64,000 nucleotides of DNA from an uncultured delta proteobacterium (GTDB lineage Bacteria > Desulfobacterota > Desulfobacteria > Desulfobacterales > JAHEIW01), in contig CAVPNL010000004.1 in the NCBI GenBank assembly GCA_963706575.1, forward strand, positions 577,519-641,518, read 5' to 3'. The number at the start of each line of letters is the position of its first letter. Within the stretch, counting starts at the first letter, position 1. Below the pieces are notes generated by a model. That model searched no databases, had not been told where the DNA came from, and worked only from the letters and a program-made list of their open reading frames with translations. Shown here piece after piece: positions 29,322 through 39,087 of the stretch. Position numbers and translations under genes: made by a program.

Positions 29322-30344
29322 ATGAAACCCATTACCATCGGTTTTTCTATTCATCGGTCGGAAGTTATCGACATAGCAGCTGATTTAATGCAGCGCCACG
29401 ATGTCATTTTCCTGGAAGAACCGCCCGTAAACGGATTACAGGAAATGCTTCAAGGCGCCCTGTCAATTGACGACTATTTGTTGCCCGCCGAGGTCGAATA
29501 CCCGGAATTTAGCCGCCGCATGTGTCGGCTGTTGCGTGAGCTTTATCAAGATGGCAAGAAAATCATTCAGGTGGAGCCGTTTTTAGAACATCTTCTGGCG
29601 ATTCATACCTTTTTTTCACTAGGGCATCAGCCTAAAGAACTGCGGCCGGACTCGGTTCACCATCAGGTGTATCGGGCAGAGCGAGATGCCACCAAGGCCC
29701 TTTTGGATTACTACCAGATCGTGATGAACGGTTCATTTAAGGCCGCCATTCAGGCCATCATCCGCTTTGCGCGCTTTGATGCGGCCCGATTTCGATTGCG
29801 TGACAGTCTGCGGGCCCAGGCCTTAGCCGCTGAACTAAATAAAGGGTCTTCTGTATTTATCGAAGCCGGTGTGATTCATCTTGCGTTGTATCATCTGCTG
29901 AAAAAAAGATTGCCGCAATCGCTTCAACTCAAACCCTTATTTATAACCCGTAAAGCGCTGAAAATCCTCGGCGCCAAAGGGCACCTGTTTGGCCCCGGTG
30001 ATCAGTTGACGCTTACCTATATATTTCATCCCAAAACTCATGGAACCTTCAGAGCAGAGCTGCTTGCAGCGCGATCATTGATCTATTCGAAACTAATTGA
30101 AAAAGAAGAAGTCTCGGCCGGCTTAGAAACGTTTCCCCATATTCGCAACGAGCTCGCCTGTATTCGCACCGTCAAATTGCTGACTTTGGTGGATTGCGAT
30201 CGACTATTTCCGTTGATCCGCTGCATTAAAACCGAACACGCCCGGCAGCTTGTAGATGATTATTTGGTCCGCATTAAAAAGCTTCCCCGGCAAAGCTGGA
30301 AGCGTCAATCATTTAAATCGCAGACTGAAGGAGAATATATTTAA
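29322..30344 (+). CDS. Hypothetical protein
   Basis: Long ORF; IFLEEP and EAG.IH motifs, no family recognised. Confidence 0.7.
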   Translation: MKPITIGFSIHRSEVIDIAADLMQRHDVIFLEEPPVNGLQEMLQGALSIDDYLLPAEVEYPEFSRRMCRLLRELYQDGKKIIQVEPFLEHLLAIHTFFSLGHQPKELRPDSVHHQVYRAERDATKALLDYYQIVMNGSFKAAIQAIIRFARFDAARFRLRDSLRAQALAAELNKGSSVFIEAGVIHLALYHLLKKRLPQSLQLKPLFITRKALKILGAKGHLFGPGDQLTLTYIFHPKTHGTFRAELLAARSLIYSKLIEKEEVSAGLETFPHIRNELACIRTVKLLTLVDCDRLFPLIRCIKTEHARQLVDDYLVRIKKLPRQSWKRQSFKSQTEGEYI

Positions 30345-30345
30345 A

Positions 30346-30714
30346 ATGAAACCCATACCCTTTAATTCGCAAAAAGATTTAGCGCCTGTCGTTTTTGACA
30401 CCCAAACCTGCCGTCTGGCAAACGAATTAAAACAACTGGGAATACCCTGGCAACCGCACGTGGGATGTTTCGTATGGGACCCGCATGAGCATATAAAGGC
30501 CGAATCTCCATTTCCCTATAGAATTTACTTTATTCTGAGCCTGCCGAGGTTTCTTGATATATTCGGCAGTATTGAAGCGATTGCTGAAAAACTGGTATGG
30601 CTGCCGACTTGGCATCAGGCCCGGCTGCTGTGCCAACAACTGGGTGTGCCCGATCAAGTCGTGGCAAATATTTGGCATAGCCAAACGACACCATCAGCGG
30701 GTGAAGAATTGTGA
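30346..30714 (+). CDS. Hypothetical protein (possibly truncated by an in-frame TGA; frame stays open to 30753)
   Basis: GAAGGAG upstream; WQPHVGCFVWD, VWLPTWHQAR. Confidence 0.65.
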   Translation: MKPIPFNSQKDLAPVVFDTQTCRLANELKQLGIPWQPHVGCFVWDPHEHIKAESPFPYRIYFILSLPRFLDIFGSIEAIAEKLVWLPTWHQARLLCQQLGVPDQVVANIWHSQTTPSAGEEL

Positions 30715-30791
30715 CAAATCTATGAGCTTCTCATAGGTGTGCTAAAAGAATAAGCCTCATTTTGAAAGCGGTGGGTTAGGAGAAAAGCGTC

Positions 30792-31169
30792 ATGAAAACA
30801 GCGAAACCGGATAGCCGAAACCGTTCCTTTTGCGAGGCCATCATCGCAAAAAGACAGGGAGATATTTCTACCTTGCCAAATAGGTTGGCCCGACACGTAT
30901 CGCACGTTTACGGTGATTTCATTGCGGCCTATTTGAACGTTTTGAGACAGAAAGAAGGCAAACCGCGGGATTGGTTTCCTGAATCACTCTCTATTGATCC
31001 GGCATTGGTAGATGAAATGCGGCATTTTTTTTCAGATTATCAGCATATCACGAAAGCCTTTCTTACCCTGAACAAACAGATGGATGGACTGCACGAAATC
31101 GACAAAGACAAACAGCCAAATTTGTATGAGTACACGGTGGCCAGCATTTTAAGCCATGAACGCCGGTAG
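30792..31169 (+). CDS. Hypothetical protein
   Basis: AGGAG RBS; co-oriented in operon. Confidence 0.6.
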   Translation: MKTAKPDSRNRSFCEAIIAKRQGDISTLPNRLARHVSHVYGDFIAAYLNVLRQKEGKPRDWFPESLSIDPALVDEMRHFFSDYQHITKAFLTLNKQMDGLHEIDKDKQPNLYEYTVASILSHERR

Positions 31170-31200
31170 CGGCTCAGCTGCAGTTTGCCCGGAGGTTTAG

Positions 31201-32466
31201 ATGAAATTAACAGATGTTGACGTTGTCGTTGTCGGTGCCGGCCTTGCCGGATTGTCATGTGCAAGACACCTGATGAACCGCAGCGTGTCTTTTATCATTC
31301 TTGAGGCCGATGACCGAATTGGCGGCCGCCTGAAAACCGATGTGCTGGACGGGTTTTTATTGAACCACGGATTCCAGGTATTGCAGACCGCATACCCCGA
31401 GGCCCGTCGCCAATTAGACTACCATCGCCTCGACTTGAAACCATTTGCCCCGGGAGCGATTATCCGGGTGTCAGGTAAATTTAAGCGAGTCTCTGACCCC
31501 AGGCGTCGTCCGAGAGACATTTGGAGCTCCCTGACGGCGCCGGTTGGCACTTTTGCTGACCGTTTGCGGATGATTCGAATGGCATCCAGCGCCCGGCGGG
31601 GAAGTGTTTCCAGTGTGTTTCAGGGTCCGGATATGACGACGCTCGAATTCCTGCAATCCCAGGGGATTTCAGAAAAAATGATCGAGCGGTTTTTTAAGCC
31701 GTTTTTCGGGGGCGTCTGCCTTGATCCGGCGATTCGAGCATCGAGCAATGTATTCAAATACGTTCTGCGTGTCTTTGCCGAGGGCGATGTTGCTTTGCCC
31801 GGCCAGGGGATGGCGGCCATCGCCAGCCAGCTCGCCGAAGATTTACCAGAGGCGACGATCAAGACCGGAACCCGGGTCGAAGCGATCCATCCGGGCGGTG
31901 CGGTTTTATCATCGGGACAAACACTCAAGTGCCGCGCAGTGGTGTTGGCGACCGATGGTCCGGAGACGATGCGTTTGCTGGGAAAACCCGCATCGATGGT
32001 CTCCCAGGGCGAATTATGTCTTTATTTTGCAGCCCCAAAAGCACCGATCAATGCGCCCTATCTCATCCTAAATGGCCAAGGAACCGGTGTGATCAACAGC
32101 CTGACCGTTCCCAGCGTCGTTGCAACCTCATATGCGCCGACCGGCCAAGAGCTGATTTCCGTGGTGCTGATCGGTCATTTGGAGTTAGATGACAGGACCG
32201 CTCAATTGGAGGTGCGAAAAGAACTAACCGAATGGTTTGGAAACGGGGTCGAAGAATGGCGCCATTTGAAAACTTACCGCATCCAACATGCGTTGCCCGC
32301 CCAGCCGCCGCCGATGCCGGATCCAAACATTCCATCAAAACCGGTGAAGCCGGGTATTTATGTTTGTGGCGAGTACCAAAGCGTTCCGGGTATTCAGTGG
32401 GCCCTTCTTTCCGGCCGACATGCCGCCGAAGCGGTAATCAAGGAACTGGCAGAAATACCTGGATAA
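31201..32466 (+). CDS. FAD-dependent oxidoreductase (amine oxidase/phytoene desaturase superfamily)
   Basis: VVGAGLAGL, IGGRL.TD, GFQVL.TAYPE, ALLSGR.AA. Confidence 0.88.
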   Translation: MKLTDVDVVVVGAGLAGLSCARHLMNRSVSFIILEADDRIGGRLKTDVLDGFLLNHGFQVLQTAYPEARRQLDYHRLDLKPFAPGAIIRVSGKFKRVSDPRRRPRDIWSSLTAPVGTFADRLRMIRMASSARRGSVSSVFQGPDMTTLEFLQSQGISEKMIERFFKPFFGGVCLDPAIRASSNVFKYVLRVFAEGDVALPGQGMAAIASQLAEDLPEATIKTGTRVEAIHPGGAVLSSGQTLKCRAVVLATDGPETMRLLGKPASMVSQGELCLYFAAPKAPINAPYLILNGQGTGVINSLTVPSVVATSYAPTGQELISVVLIGHLELDDRTAQLEVRKELTEWFGNGVEEWRHLKTYRIQHALPAQPPPMPDPNIPSKPVKPGIYVCGEYQSVPGIQWALLSGRHAAEAVIKELAEIPG

Positions 32467-32506
32467 GTTTCAACAATGTAGCGATAGGATTATCGATAAC
32501 GGCATG

Positions 32507-33509
32507 TCACGTGTGCAAAATATCCGGCAATGGCTCAACGAGTCCATCGATCCAGCGAATTGGAAATTTTTCAATGCCGTAGGATGCCCCCATTAGCGCT
32601 CCAAGTACCGCCCCGCGCGCGGCGTTGTCACCGCCGAGATTGGTATTGGCGATGAGCGCATTTTCCGGATCATCGTGGTATTTTAATGCCAGATAAACAA
32701 CTGCCGGAATTGAGTCCTCAACATAACAGGCCGTGCTGAAGCGCGGACCCACCACCCAGTCGTCAGGATCATCCAGCCATTTGATAAAAGGATGTCCAAG
32801 CAAGGGATTTTGCTGTTTTGCAATTTCCTCAACGATGGCTTCTTTCAACCGGACGCCGTTGAGCACCTTCAGCAAAATATCGATCAACAATGATCCGGCA
32901 GTTTTCATTTTGGAACCGGGTGGGTAGCAGGTGGGTCAAGGCGGCCTCGCGGGCTTGGTCGGGCCGATTGAAATAAAAAACAACGATGGGAACAATTCCG
33001 AGCAGACCGCCGATATGCTTTTCTTCGACACCGCATCTGCGTGGCGGCATGTCCCTGGCATAATTTGCGAAGAAATTGCGATGGCACTCCTCGATGTAGG
33101 TGTCTTGGTGGTTGCCCGGGATTGTCATGAAGGCGATGTATCTTCTTAGAAAATCGTCTGCGTTGTAGGTGCCGTTTTGGTTTATCGAGTCAATGAGCAG
33201 CCGGCAAATTTTAACATTTAAGGTGTTCTCACCTGCTTTGAGAAACTGGTGATAATGAATGCCCTTTTGACCCCAGTAGGGGATTTGATCGTGCAGAATT
33301 TCGCCTTTTGCGTTTGACGCTTTGTAGCTGGAGCGCCACAGAATGCTGTCCGGATGCGGATTGCGCGGTGCCAAGTAGTCTGTCACCCGGCCATAATCTC
33401 GATTGAGTGCCTGGCGGTTATAATACCAGTGAACTGGCATCGCCAGTGCATCGCCGATGCACAAACCGTAAAGCGCTCCGCGTGATATAGTATTGATGGC
33501 ATTCGTCAT
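32507..33509 (-). pseudogene. ADP-ribosylglycohydrolase, frameshifted near 32920
   Basis: N-part GDALAMPVHWYY (32829-33509) and C-part N.NLGGDNAARGAVLG (32507-32908) in different frames. Confidence 0.8.
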
Positions 33510-33656
33510 CGTTAATTTTCCAGTCTATTCTTCGTCCAGCTTTAAAGGATCAGCAACAAAGCGATTATGGAAATCTATCTTTACAAATAGATATTTTTAA
33601 ATGGTAAGTCTGGTCGGCACCCCGGGCAAGTGAAAAGAATGATCGGCGTTCCAGGA

Positions 33657-33806
33657 TTATCTGGAAAGCTTGATCGGTCTTTGCATGATCTGGCCCTGAT
33701 TGCGCTTAAAAAATACCTCATTGTCTGTGGTCCAGGTGCGTAGCGATTCAATCGGTGTTTCGGCATTGAGGGGTTTTTCCGTCATGACACGCATCTTTTT
33801 CTTCAT
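33657..33806 (-). pseudogene. N-terminal stub of a sulfite oxidase-family molybdoenzyme
   Basis: Manual translation MKKKMRVMTEKPLNAETPIESLRTWTTDNEVFFKRNQGQIMQRPIKLSR*; PLNAETP...FF.RN motif; GAGGTG RBS. Confidence 0.6.
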
Positions 33807-33824
33807 AGCGGCACCTCAGTTTTT

Positions 33825-35555
33825 TTACATTTTGACCCTCTTTAGGTCATCAACCCAACTGTTTGCAATCCGGGCCGTTGACTGCACAATTCCATGTGCC
33901 ATACTGGCGTCGATGATCTGGCCTCTGGTCATCGCGCCGACAGCATAAATCGAGTTGGATTTAACTGGTCTTTTGTTAGACACCTTCCGAATAACATGGT
34001 GGGTCTCGGGATCTATCCACACGCTTCCGGTTTTATATGTATGTAATTTCGTTTTCGATTGATTGACGAATCGGTTGCCGAGGCCATTTTCTGGTTGAAC
34101 GGGTTGGGTTTCTTCATTTTGGACGATGCCCCGTTCAAGCAGGTTCTTCGTTAAAGGGGAGGGATCTATCTGGATGGACTTTGCCTGACCGCGTGCATTA
34201 ACCACATACCGGTAAGCATCTCTTTTTGTCTCACCGTTAGAATCCTGATAGATAAATTCCCAGACGTCTTTTGTGTCATTTTTGACAAATTGATTATTTC
34301 TTCCCAGTTTAAATACCTCAACCAGCCCGGACTTCATGAGCGCCAGCATTTTTTCAGCATTGATGGCTGGCTGGGTTGCTGCATGTGTAAAAAATATCGA
34401 AGTGTATGTTTTATCGAAACGCTTCCGATCTTCCAGCGATAGTCTCAGATAAATCTCTCGGACCATATCAAAGGACTGATGAAGGACGGTTTGCCACACG
34501 AGTTCGCCATCCGGCCCATCTCCACGTCTTGCGTCTTCCAAATATTGCTGTAACAGCTCTGCGGGCGGTCTCGTCGGGCTTACAACTGCTTTCCAATTAA
34601 TTGCGTGTCCGTATGCCGCTTCCAGCTCTGAATTTAATAACTGAAATACGGCTTCGAGGTTTAAATATCCTTGGTTTTCGGCGATCAAACTTTCCAATTT
34701 TTTGCGCGTCAGAAACATGTTGCGGTATTTACCCATCTTGCCTCTGACTTTCGGCAGCAGTCCTCTTCTGGAGTAGAGCGCAAATTTTCTTGGATTTGCG
34801 GGCGGGACATACACTAGTTCATTAGAATTATCACGAATAAAATTGCCATTTGAAGTGAGGGTTAAAACAACCTCTATGGCACTTAAACTCGTTCCAATTA
34901 CGGCGACTTTCTCGCCCTCTGGAATTTTTTCAAGTAATTGTCTCGCCGGCCACGGTGAGGGAAAGTAGTTATGCTGTTCTTTTTTTTCAAACCAATGCCC
35001 GGTTGCAAGCAAAATACGGTCGGCGAGACATGAAAAAGTTGACCCCGATAACAGTTGCTTCACGGTGAGATGGATCTTATCATCGCTTCGCTTTTCTAAA
35101 TCGATAACCTCAGATCCCGAAAAAAGTTCCACCCCAACACCCAGCGCTTGTGCTTTTTGATGGGCCTCTTGAAATTTTGCTTTAAGGTATTCGCCCATGA
35201 TTGCGCGTGGGTAATGATTGCAGCCTTCATAGCTAAAAGATGTATCATCTATCCATTGATAACGTTCTTTGAGCCGATCATGATTTATGGTCGCCCAATC
35301 TTGGAAATCCTCAGGATGGCCCACCAGGATGCCCATGTCCTTGGCACACATGTTCGTAATATGAAAGGGCATGACGTTTCTATCACAATGGGGAAAGCCG
35401 GGTCCGAAGATGTCTTGCTTTTCAAAAATCTGAATTTTAATCTCAGAAGGATTTAACAAGTTCAGATCAATTTCTTGTCGCACCTTCTCTACAAACATGT
35501 GAAGCATAGCGGTTCCCGTCAATCCACCGCCAACAATTGCAAAAGTAAAGCTCAT
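33825..35555 (-). CDS. FAD/NAD(P)-binding protein
   Basis: AIVGGGLTG, PRAIMGEYL, LATGH, VIGTSLSAI, SRRGLLP. Confidence 0.85.
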   Translation of the reverse strand: MSFTFAIVGGGLTGTAMLHMFVEKVRQEIDLNLLNPSEIKIQIFEKQDIFGPGFPHCDRNVMPFHITNMCAKDMGILVGHPEDFQDWATINHDRLKERYQWIDDTSFSYEGCNHYPRAIMGEYLKAKFQEAHQKAQALGVGVELFSGSEVIDLEKRSDDKIHLTVKQLLSGSTFSCLADRILLATGHWFEKKEQHNYFPSPWPARQLLEKIPEGEKVAVIGTSLSAIEVVLTLTSNGNFIRDNSNELVYVPPANPRKFALYSRRGLLPKVRGKMGKYRNMFLTRKKLESLIAENQGYLNLEAVFQLLNSELEAAYGHAINWKAVVSPTRPPAELLQQYLEDARRGDGPDGELVWQTVLHQSFDMVREIYLRLSLEDRKRFDKTYTSIFFTHAATQPAINAEKMLALMKSGLVEVFKLGRNNQFVKNDTKDVWEFIYQDSNGETKRDAYRYVVNARGQAKSIQIDPSPLTKNLLERGIVQNEETQPVQPENGLGNRFVNQSKTKLHTYKTGSVWIDPETHHVIRKVSNKRPVKSNSIYAVGAMTRGQIIDASMAHGIVQSTARIANSWVDDLKRVKM

Positions 35556-35801
35556 CTAAACCTTAGTCCTGACTTGTGTCCTTTGGTATCGCATACATAT
35601 GATTAAATCCCGACATTATAGATACAGAGAGGACCTTTAAGTTGTAACACCATGAGGAAAAGTGAACTATATTCGTTATAAGACTGTATTTCATGAAAGG
35701 CATATTAAGACAACTCATTTTCATTGAATTTATTCATTCGTTGTGTAATCCATAATTAAATTTATCTTGAATGCGCACCAATCAGAAGGATAGTTGCTTT
35801 T

Positions 35802-36611
35802 ATGAAACTACGCTACGATCCTTACCAGGTATTTCGGTTTAGCAAAACGCCTGTGGGTCTTTATGCCCGACAAAAGTGGCTTGGAGAAGCCGGAACGCCT
35901 CAGTGGAAAATTGACTTTAAGGAGACGGTAGTTGCACTTTTGGCGGACCAATTGCCTGATGGATCATGGCGTAGGGCCACGGTCGAAACCATTCATCGTC
36001 TGTTCGGGCTTCATCTGACAATGCGATCTTCCACTGCACAGATAGATACCGCCCTGACTTGGATTTTAGATAAGATCGCTTTTCAGGCAGAAGGGATTCA
36101 TATCCATGCCGAAGATATATCCACTATCCCCAATCTAAAGGGGCTTCCGTTTATCCCGAGTCGACCAGATATGTTTTTGACAGGCGCGGCGCTATTTCTA
36201 TCCACTATATTTGGCCGCCAAAGTTATCCAGATGTGCTGGCCTTGTATAAGTGGCTGAGTTCAGAAGGGATAAAAAACCAAGGCCGTTGGTTTGATGAGG
36301 CATCTTCCCACAATATTTTCCGCGCCATGGTCGTGCATCCCATATTTGCTAAAAAAAAGGCCACAATACTGGCGGCTAAGCATCTTGCTGAGTTGCAGAC
36401 AGATACGGGTTTTTGGAAGAATGATTTACCGTTTTATCAAACCCTTAATGCGCTGGCGCATTTGGATTTGCATCAGGTAGAAACCCAACTTGAAAAGGCC
36501 TTTGAACGGTTATTTGAAAATCAAAATAGCGACGGCACCTGGAGCAAGTCTGAGCCTGAGTGGAATACGTTTTTAGCAATTCATGCACTAAAAAATAAAG
36601 GGCTTTTGTGA
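35802..36611 (+). CDS. Hypothetical protein with prenyltransferase/squalene cyclase-like QxxDGxW repeats
   Basis: QLPDGSW, QTDTGFW, QNSDGTW. Confidence 0.65.
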   Translation: MKLRYDPYQVFRFSKTPVGLYARQKWLGEAGTPQWKIDFKETVVALLADQLPDGSWRRATVETIHRLFGLHLTMRSSTAQIDTALTWILDKIAFQAEGIHIHAEDISTIPNLKGLPFIPSRPDMFLTGAALFLSTIFGRQSYPDVLALYKWLSSEGIKNQGRWFDEASSHNIFRAMVVHPIFAKKKATILAAKHLAELQTDTGFWKNDLPFYQTLNALAHLDLHQVETQLEKAFERLFENQNSDGTWSKSEPEWNTFLAIHALKNKGLL

Positions 36612-36661
36612 TAAGGCTAATACATTGGAAAGTGATAGAGAACGGATTAGAATGCCCATTT

Positions 36662-37300
36662 TTAATATTTTTCTATAGGAATCAGCACTTCGTTGCGACG
36701 CAGAAACCAGGGCATGAATGGTGGGTCATAGCGTGCCCAGACCGGTGCGCCCTTTTTGGTCAAAACCCGTTTTCGAATGTATTCTTCCAACAGGGCTTTG
36801 TTTTCCTCGTACCCTTCTTCACTCCAGGTCCCTGAATACTTAACAGCGACCATTAGGCGGCCGGATTCTTCTGTCAACCTTACCCTTGTGTCATTGGGTT
36901 CCGGAAGCGTTTCCAGAGTATATTCTGCCGGCATGAGAAAAGTGATTCGCCATCGATTATCTTTCTTCTCCTGTTTGACCGGCGCGGTCATGGCAATTTT
37001 TTTCGAACCGGTTTCCTGGCTGATAGGCGCCGTCATGGAGATTGACTGCTTTTTGGTGTTCTCCCCGGAGATGTAGGCATAGAGGCGGCGAAAACCCTCA
37101 TTGCCTGCATTTTCTAGATCGCCTTCGACAAAGGTTTCAGCCACGATCTGGGGATCATACTGCCTGATTTCAAAACCATCTTCTTTCTCCAAAACTGTAT
37201 ATTTTGCTTTCTCAATGGCCATGGCCGATTTAACCACCAGTAATGATGAAACGCCTAAAAGCGCAAATCCGGCTAATCCAATAATTTTGAATGTTCGCAT
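36662..37300 (-). CDS. SOUL heme-binding protein
   Basis: FEIRQY, GFRRLY.YISG.N, IAMTAPV, YDPPF.P.FLRRNEV. Confidence 0.92.
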   Translation of the reverse strand: MRTFKIIGLAGFALLGVSSLLVVKSAMAIEKAKYTVLEKEDGFEIRQYDPQIVAETFVEGDLENAGNEGFRRLYAYISGENTKKQSISMTAPISQETGSKKIAMTAPVKQEKKDNRWRITFLMPAEYTLETLPEPNDTRVRLTEESGRLMVAVKYSGTWSEEGYEENKALLEEYIRKRVLTKKGAPVWARYDPPFMPWFLRRNEVLIPIEKY

Positions 37301-37886
37301 ATCGATTTCTCCTATAAAACAACAACGAAAATAACATAATCACGCAAACAATGTCTGCAAGGATGCTTCGAACCTTTAAGTGTCACCAATTGTGTGATCA
37401 TACAACTCGAACAAGCAAACATCCTTTTACAGGACTATCCTCACTCACAAAATTATTACGATATGATCTAAGCTTTGACATCACTGTTATTATTACCAGA
37501 AAAGAATTAGCTTGAAAACATTCAACTATGGGCAAATTAGAGACAAGCGGATATTTTGACTGCCCCGGGAAGATTTACCTTCAAAGCTGGAATCGTGAAT
37601 TTATTTGGTAACACTTTCTCAAAAATTAAGGACTATTTCTCAGTTGAACTTTCAGCCTTTTGATAACAATGATTGACAAAATGATATTATAATGTTCATT
37701 TTAATGCTGTTATTTCTGCATCAAAATAAAAGATAGGCATTCGCTATTAGTTCTGCCATATGAAAATTTGTAACAGACGTTTTTCCCCGTATTTATAGAT
37801 TATGATCGGAAATTTTTACACGGTGGGGTAAATATTCGCGCGTTTGCGATTGATATCTGCAGCTTGAACAAATATGGAGGTGGGGG

Positions 37887-38603
37887 ATGCCATTGAAAGA
37901 AAAAAAAGCGGTTGTGATTGGAGGCAGCTCTGGAATTGGTTTGGCCATTGCCAAGGCGCTTGTTAATTCTGGTGCGCACGTTGTCATTGCGAGCCGTTCA
38001 TCTAATAAACTGAATGAGGCGCAAAGAACCATCGGGGTGAATACAGTGGCCTATCGGCTGGACGTCACACAGGAGAAAAAGGTGCAGCAATTCTTCGAAG
38101 ATATCGGTCCTTTTGACCACCTCGTGTGCACTGCCGTTAGCGGGATAAACGCCCCATTCCTTGAAATGGATACCACTGATGCTAAAACTGTATTTAAGAC
38201 CAAGTTCTGGGGACAATACTATGCTGCCAGGTACGGGGCGCCCAAGATCAGGCCGGGGGGCTCCATTACACTGTTTTCCGGCATTGCCAGTCACAAACCC
38301 GTTGAGGGACTCTCCGCTATCGCTGCTGCGAATGGTGCCGTCGAGGCCCTCTGCCGCTCTCTGGCCGTTGAATTGGGGCCAATACGGGTCAACACTGTCT
38401 TACCCGCGGTCATTAGCACACCCCAATATGATCGCATGCCTGACGACAAACGCAAAAAATACTTGGAACACTACGGCGCTAAGCTTCCTGTGAAGCGTCC
38501 GGGGAACCCTGATGACGTGGCCGCAACCGTCCTTTACCTCATTTTGAATGCGCATACCACCGGGACCCTGGCAGAGGTCAACGGCGGCTATCGACTTGTT
38601 TAA
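37887..38603 (+). CDS. SDR family oxidoreductase
   Basis: IGGSSGIG, KFWGQY, LAVELGPIRVN. Confidence 0.9.
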   Translation: MPLKEKKAVVIGGSSGIGLAIAKALVNSGAHVVIASRSSNKLNEAQRTIGVNTVAYRLDVTQEKKVQQFFEDIGPFDHLVCTAVSGINAPFLEMDTTDAKTVFKTKFWGQYYAARYGAPKIRPGGSITLFSGIASHKPVEGLSAIAAANGAVEALCRSLAVELGPIRVNTVLPAVISTPQYDRMPDDKRKKYLEHYGAKLPVKRPGNPDDVAATVLYLILNAHTTGTLAEVNGGYRLV

Positions 38604-39087
38604 AGGCATGGTTTAGAAAACACTCCTATGGGAGATGGGGTGTGATTAATGCTAATTTGGTTCGATAAAGAATATTTCGAGAACACGGAAGGCAGCGGGA
38701 TTCTGGCGACTGCAAATAGCGGCGGCAAGGTGGATTGGGCATAGACAGGAAATTGCCTTGGTGGGCGCCGGGGAATAAATTTGGCAGCCGATGAACCCGT
38801 TTAAGTCAACAACGCTCGAGAGTCATATGGATATCATATCTATGGAAACGAACTTTGAACTGCATTCGATATTCATACCCCAGAGCCTTTTCGTCCTCCT
38901 GTACTGGTAGGTTCGCTATCCGTTCCATCAGTATATTTTCTTCGGCATGCTCAAGGCCATGGCCAAATCCATTAACAAACCAATACTGGCCGGTCCGGAG
39001 CGGTTTACTCCCAAGCTCCACACCAGTTGTGCTCTACCGCCCAAGCACAGTCATTAGAACGCGGCTTCTTTACAGTCAATCAGGACG

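Noticed and set aside
30712..30753. Selenocysteine read-through at TGA
   Set aside because: No Cys-like redox context or convincing SECIS hairpin; a CGA-to-TGA change or a true stop is simpler
31201..32466. crtI phytoene desaturase call
   Set aside because: Too short, generic flavoprotein motifs only, and no crtB/crtE nearby
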